Below, piece after piece: positions 7,991 to 16,280 of a stretch of DNA of 32,000 nt; positions within the stretch are counted from its first letter, which is position 1, and every line of letters starts with the position of its first letter. The DNA lies in contig OY969938.1 of NCBI GenBank assembly GCA_963704755.1, positions 3,600,001 through 3,632,000 on the forward strand. Direction: 5' to 3'. A model generated the notes under the pieces. That model was not told the origin of the DNA, did not search any database, and saw nothing but the letters and a program-made list of their open reading frames with translations. The translations under genes were made by a program, and so were the position numbers. The DNA is from an uncultured Chloroflexia bacterium (GTDB taxonomy: Bacteria > Chloroflexota > Anaerolineae > Anaerolineales > Anaerolineaceae).

Positions 7991-9076
7991 TCATTGGAGC
8001 GCTCGCAATAGATAGTTCGCGACGCTATCGATAGGCAATAATTTTTCAGCGGCACCCAGGGCCCAGGCAGCACCGGGCATACCAAAAACAATGCTGGTTT
8101 CTTCGTCCTGGGCAAAGGTATGGCCTCCAGATTGCCGAATTTCTAATAAACCGGCCGCGCCATCGTTCCCCATTCCAGTCAACAAAGCTGCGGCGGCATT
8201 CTTGCCCACATTTTTCCCGATCGAGCGGAAAAGGACATCCACAGAAGGGCAATGGCCGTTTACTTTGTCGGCCTGGATCAACAAGGCCCGGTATTCACCG
8301 CCGGACTGGTGGATTTCGAGATGCCGGTTTCCACCCGGCGCTAACAGCGCCAGGCCGGGCCGCACGCGGTCGCCATCTTGTGCTTCCTTCACCTGGATGG
8401 CGCAAAGTGAATTCAGGCGCTCGGCAAAGCTGGTGGTAAAACCGGCCGGCATGTGCTGGACGATGACGATGCCCGGGCAAGCCGCCGGGAACATCGGCAG
8501 GAGGCGCGCCAGGGCCGACACTCCACCGGCCGAGGCGCCGATCGCGATCACACGGTCGGTCGTCGTTACCAACGACGAATGCAGAAAAGCGACCGCCGAC
8601 GGATCGGGGGCCGCCTTTGAGTTTGTTTTGGGTTCGTTGGGCGTGATCCGTGAGAAACGGTGCACGTCGGATTTGGCCGCATCTTTGACCAGTTCACACA
8701 GGTCGTTCATCAGTACGGGCAAGCCGTCCACAATGCCGACCTTTGGTTTTGTAACCACCCCGAACGCCCCAGCTTCCAGCGCGTCCAGGGTGATCTTTTG
8801 GCCGCGCTCGGCCAGCGAACTGACGATCACCGTGGGGGTGGGATATTGGCGCATGTAGCTCTTCATGAAACTTACCCCATCCATCTCGGGCAGTTCGATG
8901 TCCAGGGTAATCACATCTGGCTTTTCGGTAGTAATCAGGTTCAATGCAATCGAAGGAGTACGCGCCGTACCAATCACCTCGATCTGGGGATCCTGTGACA
9001 GGCTATCGCGTAATATTTTTCTGGCCAGGGCCGAATCATCCACCACCAGAACGCGGATTTTATGGTTTGGACTCAT
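7991..9076 (-). CDS. cheB: CheB protein-glutamate methylesterase (receiver plus esterase domains)
   Basis: 361 aa. Receiver motifs [12 protein letters not shown]...[11 protein letters not shown]...VSSL...VTKP, then an esterase domain with [11 protein letters not shown] and GMGNDGA. Confidence 0.9.
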   Translation of the reverse strand: MSPNHKIRVLVVDDSALARKILRDSLSQDPQIEVIGTARTPSIALNLITTEKPDVITLDIELPEMDGVSFMKSYMRQYPTPTVIVSSLAERGQKITLDALEAGAFGVVTKPKVGIVDGLPVLMNDLCELVKDAAKSDVHRFSRITPNEPKTNSKAAPDPSAVAFLHSSLVTTTDRVIAIGASAGGVSALARLLPMFPAACPGIVIVQHMPAGFTTSFAERLNSLCAIQVKEAQDGDRVRPGLALLAPGGNRHLEIHQSGGEYRALLIQADKVNGHCPSVDVLFRSIGKNVGKNAAAALLTGMGNDGAAGLLEIRQSGGHTFAQDEETSIVFGMPGAAWALGAAEKLLPIDSVANYLLRALQ

Positions 9077-9124
9077 AATTCACCACCGTTACCACCAGTA
9101 TGTCCCTTTCGATGCCCCGGCTTT

Positions 9125-9997
9125 TCAGATCTTGTGGTAGATACCATTATCGATCCTCTTCCAGGGAGAGTTCATCCAATGCAAAGTCTCCGTGACGCTC
9201 GTCAACAGCCAGCCACCCGGGTGGGTGACATCGTATAGATCCCAAATCAGTTTTTCTTGGGTTGCACGATCGAAGTAATAAAGCACATTTCGGCAAAAAA
9301 CCACATGAAAAGGATGCTGAAATGGCCAGGGCAGTTTGACCAGGTTCAAACGACGGAAGGTACAGAATTTGGCCAGCGCCGGGTCCACCTGCCACAAATC
9401 AGGGGAAACCGGGCGAAAATAACGCTTGCGTAAGGGCGGGCTGACCAGCTCTATTTTCTGTTGGGGATAGATACCTTTTTCAGCCTGTTGGATCATGGGA
9501 TAGCTAATGTCAGTGCCCAAGATCGCTACCCTTTCCCGCACCCCGGCCTGGCCAAAAATTTCAGCGAGGATGATCGCCAGGGTATAAACTTCCTCGCCGC
9601 TGGCTGCCGCGGCGCTCCAAACCCGCCAGACTTCTTTTTCGGGCAGGGTCGCCAGGATGTGTTCTTGAAAGAACTGCAAGACCTCGGGCTCGCGGAAGAA
9701 AAAGCTGTGATTGGTGGATACCACCCTGGCCAGTTCCGCCGGTAAATCGGGGTAAGCCGCCGTTTGTTGCAAGTGCTGCTGGAGTTCGTCCAATCCAGTA
9801 AGGCCCAACCGCCAGCAGAGGTTGTGGAGACGCCGGTAAAGGGTTAATTCCTTTTTTGCGTTGTAGTGAATGCCGGTATACTCCGAAACCCATTGGCGCA
9901 GCTTTTCGAAGGTCTCCCGTTCGGCCGGCCGAATATGGTCCAACTGAAATCCGCCGGCAGAGGCGGGGAGGCGATCTTCAAGGTTTGGATCAGTCAT
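9125..9997 (-). CDS. cheR: CheR chemotaxis protein methyltransferase
   Basis: 290 aa. Contains TNHSFFFREP, a SAM-binding-like stretch RVWSAAAASGEEVYTLAI, and FCRNVLYYF. Confidence 0.9.
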   Translation of the reverse strand: MTDPNLEDRLPASAGGFQLDHIRPAERETFEKLRQWVSEYTGIHYNAKKELTLYRRLHNLCWRLGLTGLDELQQHLQQTAAYPDLPAELARVVSTNHSFFFREPEVLQFFQEHILATLPEKEVWRVWSAAAASGEEVYTLAIILAEIFGQAGVRERVAILGTDISYPMIQQAEKGIYPQQKIELVSPPLRKRYFRPVSPDLWQVDPALAKFCTFRRLNLVKLPWPFQHPFHVVFCRNVLYYFDRATQEKLIWDLYDVTHPGGWLLTSVTETLHWMNSPWKRIDNGIYHKI

Positions 9998-10027
9998 AAC
10001 GGCCTAGTATCCACGTATTTTCCGGAG

Positions 10028-11218
10028 TTATCCCATTGCCGAGGTAAATAATTGCTCGATATCCAGGACGATCGCGACTTCTCCTGAACCCAGTAAGGCG
10101 CAGCCGGATCCTCCGCGGATGTTTTTCAAATAGCCGGGCAGCTCTTTGATCATCACCTGCTCTTGACCAAGGATTTCATCCACCGGAAAACCGATATTCC
10201 CCCGGCTGGCCTCTACGATAACCACAACCTGCTCGGTAAGTGGTTTAGGGTTTCCGTTCACAGCCGGATCCTCGTGCAGGCCCATCACCGGAATAACCTT
10301 GCCCTGGCGCAAGACCATTTCCTTGCCCTCGGCCGAGTTCCGGATGATTTCGTCTGCCGCGGGTTGGAAGACTTCCGCTACTGTTTCAATCGGCAGCGCA
10401 TACAGTCGATTATTCGAGTTCACCACCAGGCTCTCTAAAAAAGTCAGGGTAACGGGTAAGATCATGGTGATAGCCGTTCCCCGGCCCGGTTCGCTGGTGA
10501 TTTCGATCCTGCCCCGTAAAGCGCGGACCGCCGTCTGGACAACATCCATGCCGACCCCCCGGCCGGAAAGGTTGGTCACCTCCTTTGCCGTGGAAAACCC
10601 CGGGCGAAAAATGAAATTGAACAGCGCCGAATCGGGCAGATCTTCGCCCTCGGTCGCCAGTCCCTGTTCTATTGCCCGCTGCAGGATCTTTTCTCGGTCG
10701 AGTCCGCGGCCATCATCGGCCACGGTGATCGAAATTTCCTGGCCTTTCTGCGCTGCGCGGACCAGGATCCGGCCCTGTTCGGGTTTGCCGGCCGCCTGGC
10801 GGGCATCTGCCGGTTCGATGCCATGGTCCGAGGCGTTGCGGATCAAGTGCAGCAAGGGATCGTTCAATTGATCGACGACGGTCTTGTCGATCTCGACATC
10901 CTCCCCCTCGACGATGATCTCGAGTTGTTTCCCGACCTGGTGGGATAGTTCGCGGGCCAGGCGTTGAATGCGCCTGAATAATTGGCTGGCCGGGACCAGG
11001 CGCATACTGGAAGCCAGGTCCTGCACCTCGTGAGTGAGCAGCTCCAGGTGATGGGCGGCATTTTCGAACCCCTCCAGCTCGCTGCCAGAAATCGAGGGAT
11101 GATGGGTAACCGATAATACTGCCAGGCCAAGCTCGCCCACAAGGTCGAGTAATTGAGTGACTTTATCTGTTTTTATGCGGATAAATGCATCAGGCTGGAT
11201 TGTTGGTTGCATTGACAT
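10028..11218 (-). CDS. cheA: CheA-type histidine kinase core lacking HPt (P1) and P2: P3-P4-P5 only
   Basis: 396 aa. It starts directly with a dimerisation-type helix (KVTQLLDLVGELGLA). N box HLIRNASDHGIE (10814-10849), G1 DDGRGLD, F box FNFIFRPGFST and G2 SGRGVGMDVV are all present, followed by a CheW-like P5. No HTxKG motif occurs anywhere in the protein. Confidence 0.88.
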   Translation of the reverse strand: MSMQPTIQPDAFIRIKTDKVTQLLDLVGELGLAVLSVTHHPSISGSELEGFENAAHHLELLTHEVQDLASSMRLVPASQLFRRIQRLARELSHQVGKQLEIIVEGEDVEIDKTVVDQLNDPLLHLIRNASDHGIEPADARQAAGKPEQGRILVRAAQKGQEISITVADDGRGLDREKILQRAIEQGLATEGEDLPDSALFNFIFRPGFSTAKEVTNLSGRGVGMDVVQTAVRALRGRIEITSEPGRGTAITMILPVTLTFLESLVVNSNNRLYALPIETVAEVFQPAADEIIRNSAEGKEMVLRQGKVIPVMGLHEDPAVNGNPKPLTEQVVVIVEASRGNIGFPVDEILGQEQVMIKELPGYLKNIRGGSGCALLGSGEVAIVLDIEQLFTSAMG

Positions 11219-11461
11219 CCATTACGAATATTTGTTCCATCGGTAAACTGAGACCAGACGACCCCACTCGAGGCAGGGGTTAACCATGCCCCATATACTT
11301 CATAATGAAGTCAAACGATTAATTTCACGTCAATTTATATTTGTCTTCACCTTCTAAGCATACAGGCGCGGGCGAAAATAAACAGTAAAGGTTAAATAAA
11401 TCCAGCATTAAAAAGAGATAAATGAACCAGTCTTGTCAAAAATATCTATATTTAACGTGAA

Positions 11462-11559
11462 TTCGGGATAAATGAAAAGAGAGGTAATTCGAGTGTGTTT
11501 TTATTCGTGGCGGCGTAGCCGCCACGAATAAAAACACACTCGAAAACTCTTATCCCGAA
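11462..11559. repeat. Nested inverted repeat with a 25-bp perfect palindromic core
   Basis: Core: CGAGTGTGTTTTTATTCGTGGCGGC (11490-11514), loop GTA, then GCCGCCACGAATAAAAACACACTCG (11518-11542). Outer arms: TTCGGGATAA (11462-11471) and TTATCCCGAA (11550-11559). Confidence 0.8.
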
Positions 11560-11780
11560 CGGGTGTTATTTAAAAAAGGTGGCTGCTCAGCCCAACGGGG
11601 AAGAAACCCGAATTTGAGGTGTATGCGGGTTGTTCCACTGCACGCACCTAAAATCCGAGAACTTCTTAGCAGGAGCCTGAGTAGTTACTAAAAATAGTAT
11701 ACGTTCAACTCAAACCTGAGCGGTTTAAATTAATAACTATCCCCCTGACCATTTCACATTCGTTCGATATAAAGCCATTG

Positions 11781-11820
11781 CGTGTGAGTTTTGGCGTTTT
11801 CGGCGCCAGAAACTCACACG
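11781..11820 (-). terminator. Hairpin downstream of tatA (candidate terminator)
   Basis: CGTGTGAGTTTTGGCG (11781-11796) pairs with CGCCAGAAACTCACACG (11804-11820), with one bulged base. It lies 25 nt past the tatA stop. No clean T tract follows on the minus strand. Confidence 0.4.
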
Positions 11821-11844
11821 AGATAATTAACTGGAGCCGGCGTC

Positions 11845-12015
11845 TTAGTGCTTTTCTGAGCTGGCTTCTTTCTTCGTATCACCCTGCAGGCCCTTCTTGA
11901 AGGCCCGGATGCCATTACCCATTTCTGAACCGATCTTACCGATCCGTCCAACACCGAATACCAGCAGCACAATCACTAAAATGATGATCAGTTCAGGTGC
12001 ACCGAAAGCGGCCAT
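11845..12015 (-). CDS. tatA: Twin-arginine translocase subunit TatA/E
   Basis: Start at MAAFGAPELIIILVIVLLVFGVGRIGKIGSEMGNGIRAFKKGL, preceded by AAAGGAG. The TM helix, the FG hinge and the amphipathic helix are typical of TatA. The longer track ORF (to 12084) has no support. Confidence 0.8.
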   Translation of the reverse strand: MAAFGAPELIIILVIVLLVFGVGRIGKIGSEMGNGIRAFKKGLQGDTKKEASSEKH

Positions 12016-12405
12016 ATTTTTCTCCTTTAACTTTATCGTTTCGCACGGCGAGTTGGGGTGCCCGGCCGGTACGAAACCAATCATGAAACTCTGGCAATAT
12101 TAGCACAAATTCCCGCCGGTGGTTAAAAGCTGTAAGGTTTACAATACCGGTTTCTGGGAGAGGTTTTCTTATAAGGCTGAGACTGTTCAGCAGAAAGAAT
12201 GTTCTCCGGCCGGACAGGGCGTAAAATAAATCGATAGACCGTAACTAATCAGGTAGGTTCAAAAGGGGAGCGTGTCTTTTTTTTGGAGATGGCTGAATAG
12301 TTGCAATGGATCAAGAATAAATCCACCCAAATTTTGGGTTCTTGCTCGTTGGGTTGATCCATCACCGCTTACAACTAACCCGAAAAAACCTTCAAGGAGA
12401 TCAGC

Positions 12406-13476
12406 ATGGCGTCCTTTTCACCCATCGTTTTCACGGGGGGCTACCAACACGAAAACCAGCCCGGCGTGCGTGCTTTTGGGCTTAACACGGAAACAGGCGC
12501 GCTGGCAGCCTGCGGGGAATATTGTGGAATTACGGCGCCGTCCTTTCTCGCGCTGCACCCCAATGGCCGCTGGCTGTATGCGGTCAGCGAGACCGGGATG
12601 GAAGCCGACCAGACCGCCGGCCACGTTCAGGCGATCGCGCTGGATCGCAGCGGCGAGGCGGTTAAGTTCACCCGGCTGAACACCCGGCCGAGCGGCGGCG
12701 ATTTTCCCTGCCACGCGGTTATCGATCCCTCCGGGAAGTGGCTGGTGGCGAGTAACTACGGCAGCGGGGTGGTGAGCGCCTTTGCGATCCGGGAGGATGG
12801 ATCGTTGGACCCCTGCGATGCGCCTGTCCAGCACCACGGACACGGTCCCAACCCGGAACGGCAGGAAGGCCCGCACACCCATTCGGCGATTTTTACCCCG
12901 GATGGGCAATTCGTGATCGTCGCCGACCTGGGCATAGACGCCCTGGTGATCTACCGGCTGGTGGACGGGCGGTTTGAGAAAGTCACAAATGTGGCTGCCC
13001 GGCCGGGCGCCGGTCCCAGGCATATGGCCTTTCATCCTAACCGGCGGGTGTTGTACGTGGTGAACGAACTGGATAGCACCCTGGTGGCCTACGATTATGC
13101 CGATGGCAATTTGAGCGAGCGCGCGACCTTGCCCACTTTGCCCGAAAGCTCGCCGGGAAACCTGGCTGCCGATCTTCACCTGGCGCCAGGCGGGGAGCGT
13201 GTCTATGTTTCGAACCGGGGCGACAACAGCCTGGCCGTGTTCGCGGCCAACCCCCAAGGGGCGTTGGCACCGTTGACCTTCGCACCCTGCGGCGGCAACT
13301 GGCCGCGCAATTTTGCCCTCGCACCAGACGGGCGGTTTCTCCTGGTGGCCAATCAATACAGCAATGAGGTCGTTACCCTGCCGTTGCAGCCCGGCACAGG
13401 CGAAATCGCTGCACCGCTTGCGCGGGTACCCGTGCCGGGTGTTTCCTGTGTCGTTTTTGCGCCGGCAAGGTTCTGA
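12406..13476 (+). CDS. Lactonase-family 7-bladed beta-propeller protein (6-phosphogluconolactonase-like)
   Basis: 356 aa, RBS AAGGAG. Family-typical stretches: HPNGRWLYAVSE, DPSGKWLVASNYGSG, GPHTHSAIFTPDGQFVIVADLGID, HPNRRVLYVVNELDS, APDGRFLLVANQ. Confidence 0.75.
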   Translation: MASFSPIVFTGGYQHENQPGVRAFGLNTETGALAACGEYCGITAPSFLALHPNGRWLYAVSETGMEADQTAGHVQAIALDRSGEAVKFTRLNTRPSGGDFPCHAVIDPSGKWLVASNYGSGVVSAFAIREDGSLDPCDAPVQHHGHGPNPERQEGPHTHSAIFTPDGQFVIVADLGIDALVIYRLVDGRFEKVTNVAARPGAGPRHMAFHPNRRVLYVVNELDSTLVAYDYADGNLSERATLPTLPESSPGNLAADLHLAPGGERVYVSNRGDNSLAVFAANPQGALAPLTFAPCGGNWPRNFALAPDGRFLLVANQYSNEVVTLPLQPGTGEIAAPLARVPVPGVSCVVFAPARF

Positions 13477-13547
13477 GCGGAGCTCAATTACCTTGGCCCG
13501 GGAGCCCGGCGAACATGGGAAAGCCATAGTCACCCGGGCCAAACGTA

Positions 13548-13576
13548 TTGACTTTTTGTTTTCGTTATGCTAAGAT
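13548..13576 (+). promoter_or_regulatory. Sigma-70-type promoter for the LacI-family gene
   Basis: TTGACT (13548-13553), a 17-nt spacer, then TAAGAT (13571-13576), about 30 nt upstream of the ATG at 13606. Confidence 0.55.
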
Positions 13577-13590
13577 GAAAGAGCTTTCAT
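13575..13590. promoter_or_regulatory. LacI-type palindromic operator overlapping the -10 element
   Basis: ATGAAAG-AG-CTTTCAT has perfect 7-bp arms. A matching site occurs at 14645-14658. Confidence 0.6.
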
Positions 13591-13605
13591 AAAACCATTT
13601 GTACA

Positions 13606-14613
13606 ATGAAAAACGGACTAAAAGACCCCACCATTTACGATGTAGCTGAGCTCTCGGGCGTCAGTATCTCTACCATTTCGCGGGTGATCAATACCCCCGA
13701 AAGGGTGAACGCCGATACTCGCAACAAGGTCAATGAGGCGATCGACAAGTTGAATTTTGTCCCCAAAGCCGAAGCTCGGGCCCGCGCGCTCAAGCTGACC
13801 CATCGTATTGGTGTCATCACCCCGTTTTTCACAGCGCCATCCTTTGCGCAGCGTCTGCGCGGTGTGGCGACTGCCTTGAAAAAAGCCGATTACGACCTGG
13901 TGATTTACACGGTCGAGTCGACCGATCAATTGAAAAGTTATCTGTCTTCTTTGCCCATTACCGGTAACCTGGACGGGCTGATTATCATGTCGCTGTCCGT
14001 GGATGACGCCGATGTGCAGCGGATCGTGGATCACCAACTGCCGGCGGTCTTGATTGAGTATCCGCACCCGTTGTTGAACTGCGTGGAAATCGACGATTTT
14101 CAGGGGGGCAAGCTGGCCGGCGAGTACCTGCTCAAAAAAGGGCATCGCAAAATTGCTTTCCTGGGGGATACCGATCTCCCGGAATATGCCATCCATCCGG
14201 TGAGCCTGCGTTTTCAGGGTTTCAAGAAGGCGTTGCAGGATGCCGGCGTAGAAATTCCTAAAGAGTTTATCCGCCTGGCGCCCTACGATCAGGAAATGGC
14301 GCGCCACGTCGCGAAAGAATTATTCGAATTGCCGGATCGACCCACGGCGATTTTTGCCGCGACCGACCTGCAAGCTTTGGGTGTCATTAAGGCTGCCCGT
14401 CAATTAAAGATCAATGTTCCGGAAGAACTGGCGATTATCGGGTTTGATGATATCGACATGGCGGAATTTGAGGACCTGACCACCATCCGCCAACATCTGG
14501 ATGAATCGGGCCGGTTGGCAGTGGAGATCTTGATGTCTCACATCGACGACAATTCGCGGCCCGTTCAACATTCGCAGCTCCCGTTGGTTGTTGTAGAAAG
14601 ACTGACCGTTTAA
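13606..14613 (+). CDS. LacI-family transcriptional regulator
   Basis: 335 aa. N-terminal HTH TIYDVAELSGVSISTISRVIN, followed by a periplasmic-binding-protein-like sugar-binding fold. Confidence 0.9.
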   Translation: MKNGLKDPTIYDVAELSGVSISTISRVINTPERVNADTRNKVNEAIDKLNFVPKAEARARALKLTHRIGVITPFFTAPSFAQRLRGVATALKKADYDLVIYTVESTDQLKSYLSSLPITGNLDGLIIMSLSVDDADVQRIVDHQLPAVLIEYPHPLLNCVEIDDFQGGKLAGEYLLKKGHRKIAFLGDTDLPEYAIHPVSLRFQGFKKALQDAGVEIPKEFIRLAPYDQEMARHVAKELFELPDRPTAIFAATDLQALGVIKAARQLKINVPEELAIIGFDDIDMAEFEDLTTIRQHLDESGRLAVEILMSHIDDNSRPVQHSQLPLVVVERLTV

Positions 14614-14644
14614 GGAGCAAGGCGTTAAAAAATTTCGCCGTTTA

Positions 14645-14658
14645 TGAAAGTGCTTTCA
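14645..14658. promoter_or_regulatory. Second LacI-type operator, upstream of the ABC binding-protein gene
   Basis: TGAAAG-TG-CTTTCA has the same half-sites as the operator at 13575-13590. It lies about 100 nt upstream of the binding-protein start. Confidence 0.55.
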
Positions 14659-14760
14659 GATAAACAATTTCATGGCAGGAGGTGTACCTATAAGATAGTC
14701 TGATCCTCGGATTGCTCGCTGTAAAAATCATCAAGATATAAGGATTTCAGGAGGATGAAA

Positions 14761-16221
14761 ATGAGCAAGAAAAGATTGTCAGTTTCTATAGTAAGCCTGC
14801 TTCTTCTGGTCTCGCTGCTTCTTACGGGATGCGGCGGGCAGGCTGCGGCTACAACTGTAGCGGCACCTACCGAAGCCCCAACCGTAGCCCCAACCGTAGC
14901 CCCAACCGTAGCCCCAACCGAAGCCCCAACCGTGGCGAACACCGAAGCTGCGACGGTTGCCGCGACAGAAGCCCCGACGGCGGAAACTGTTGCGACCCCG
15001 AACTGCGGCACCGACCCCGTTGTACTCAATGCCTACTTTGAGACCGGGTTCGACCTGCCCTTCAAGCTCGCGGACGAGTTCACGAAACAGTACCCGAATG
15101 TGACCTGGGATATCAAACAGGATCAATTCGCCAACCTGATCAACGAGACGCCGCGCCTCCTGGCCGGAGACAACCCGCCGGATCTCATCCGGCTGCCAAC
15201 CATGGTCTCGTTTGCCAAACAAGGGCTGTTGATGAACCTCGACGATTACGCGAAAGCCTTTGGCTGGGATCAATGGCCGGTTCCTCAACTCAATCAGAAC
15301 CGGGTCGGCGCGGATGGTATCCGTGGCGCCGGATCGCTGTATGCGATGGGCCTCAACTATAGCCTGACGGGCATTTTCTACAACAAAGAACAGGCGGCCC
15401 AGATCGGTATGACCGAGCCTCCTCAAACGCTGGCCGAGTTCGATGACCTGCTGGCCAAAGCCAAAGCTGCCGGCCTGCAACCGATCATGCAGTGGGGTAG
15501 CGCAAAGAGCGGTATGGGCCTGGCCTTCCCGCTGCAGGCGCTCATGGCCTCGGTTGGTGATACTCAACCGATTAGCGAGTGGATTTATAATAAAGCCGGT
15601 GCGACGATCGATACGCCCTCGAACCTGGTCGCTGCTCAACACCTGCAACAGTGGATCACGGAAGGTTACTTCCCCACCGACATCAACGCGATCGAATACA
15701 CCGATGCGAACGCCCGCTTCGTCAAGGGTGAAGGCGTCTTCATCTTCAATGGCGACTGGGAAAATGCTGACTACGATACCAATATGGCCGGTAATGTGGG
15801 CTTCTTCCTGATGCCCGCCGAAAAAGCGGGCGGCAGCCCGGCGGCCATGTCCTCGCCGTTGACCTACGGTATCGCCGCCAAGGCCAAGAACGCCGATTGC
15901 GCCGCTTTCTTCCTGAACTGGGTAGCTTCGAACGACGCGGCTCGCCAGATCGATGTGGAAGTGGGTGGTTCTAACCCCGGTGGCCCGGCCGGTGCGACCA
16001 TGCCGGCAGTGACCGCAGGTTCGGTCACGAATGAAACCCTGGCTGCGGGTACCGTGATCGGCGAAGCCGGTACGGCCATGGACTTCATCGCCAACGCGAC
16101 CAGCGCGATCTTTGCCCAGGGTTGGACACCTGAACTGCAGAAAATGGTGGGCGGCAAGGAAGATGCTGCTGGACTGCTCAAGGCCGTCCAGGCAGAGTAC
16201 GAACTGGAACTGACTCAGTAG
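14761..16221 (+). CDS. ABC sugar transporter substrate-binding lipoprotein (family 1 solute-binding protein)
   Basis: Signal peptide with lipobox LLLTGCGG, then a Thr/Pro/Ala/Glu repeat linker and a CUT1-type binding fold. AGGAGG directly abuts the ATG at 14755, so the ATG at 14761 has the better spacing. Confidence 0.85.
   Translation: MSKKRLSVSIVSLLLLVSLLLTGCGGQAAATTVAAPTEAPTVAPTVAPTVAPTEAPTVANTEAATVAATEAPTAETVATPNCGTDPVVLNAYFETGFDLPFKLADEFTKQYPNVTWDIKQDQFANLINETPRLLAGDNPPDLIRLPTMVSFAKQGLLMNLDDYAKAFGWDQWPVPQLNQNRVGADGIRGAGSLYAMGLNYSLTGIFYNKEQAAQIGMTEPPQTLAEFDDLLAKAKAAGLQPIMQWGSAKSGMGLAFPLQALMASVGDTQPISEWIYNKAGATIDTPSNLVAAQHLQQWITEGYFPTDINAIEYTDANARFVKGEGVFIFNGDWENADYDTNMAGNVGFFLMPAEKAGGSPAAMSSPLTYGIAAKAKNADCAAFFLNWVASNDAARQIDVEVGGSNPGGPAGATMPAVTAGSVTNETLAAGTVIGEAGTAMDFIANATSAIFAQGWTPELQKMVGGKEDAAGLLKAVQAEYELELTQ
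14869..14940 (+). repeat. 12-bp in-frame tandem repeat (about 5-6 units) encoding (P-T-V/E-A)n
   Basis: The units read ACCGAAGCCCCA, then ACCGTAGCCCCA three times, then ACCGAAGCCCCA, then ACCGTGGCGAAC. They lie inside the lipoprotein linker. Confidence 0.9.
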
Positions 16222-16280
16222 TGATAAAGGCCGCGTGACAAGTGCCTGCGTCTAAAAGGTTGACATTGAAATCTAAATCG

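Noticed and set aside
11400-11460. TTGACA on the minus strand (revcomp of 11434-11439) as the che operon promoter
   Set aside because: No acceptable -10 hexamer lies 16-18 nt downstream of it, and other candidate hexamer pairs in 11219-11460 are also poor. I prefer not to call a promoter without TSS data.
12418-13542. 374-aa minus-strand ORF
   Set aside because: It is antisense to the lactonase gene, which has clear repeated beta-propeller motifs and a good RBS. The Arg/Gly/Pro-rich translation is typical of shadow ORFs in GC-rich coding DNA.
14869-14940. Short tandem repeats, considered as a possible CRISPR or regulatory array
   Set aside because: The units are 12 bp, contiguous with no spacers, in frame and inside a CDS linker. 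This is a coding microsatellite, not a CRISPR array.
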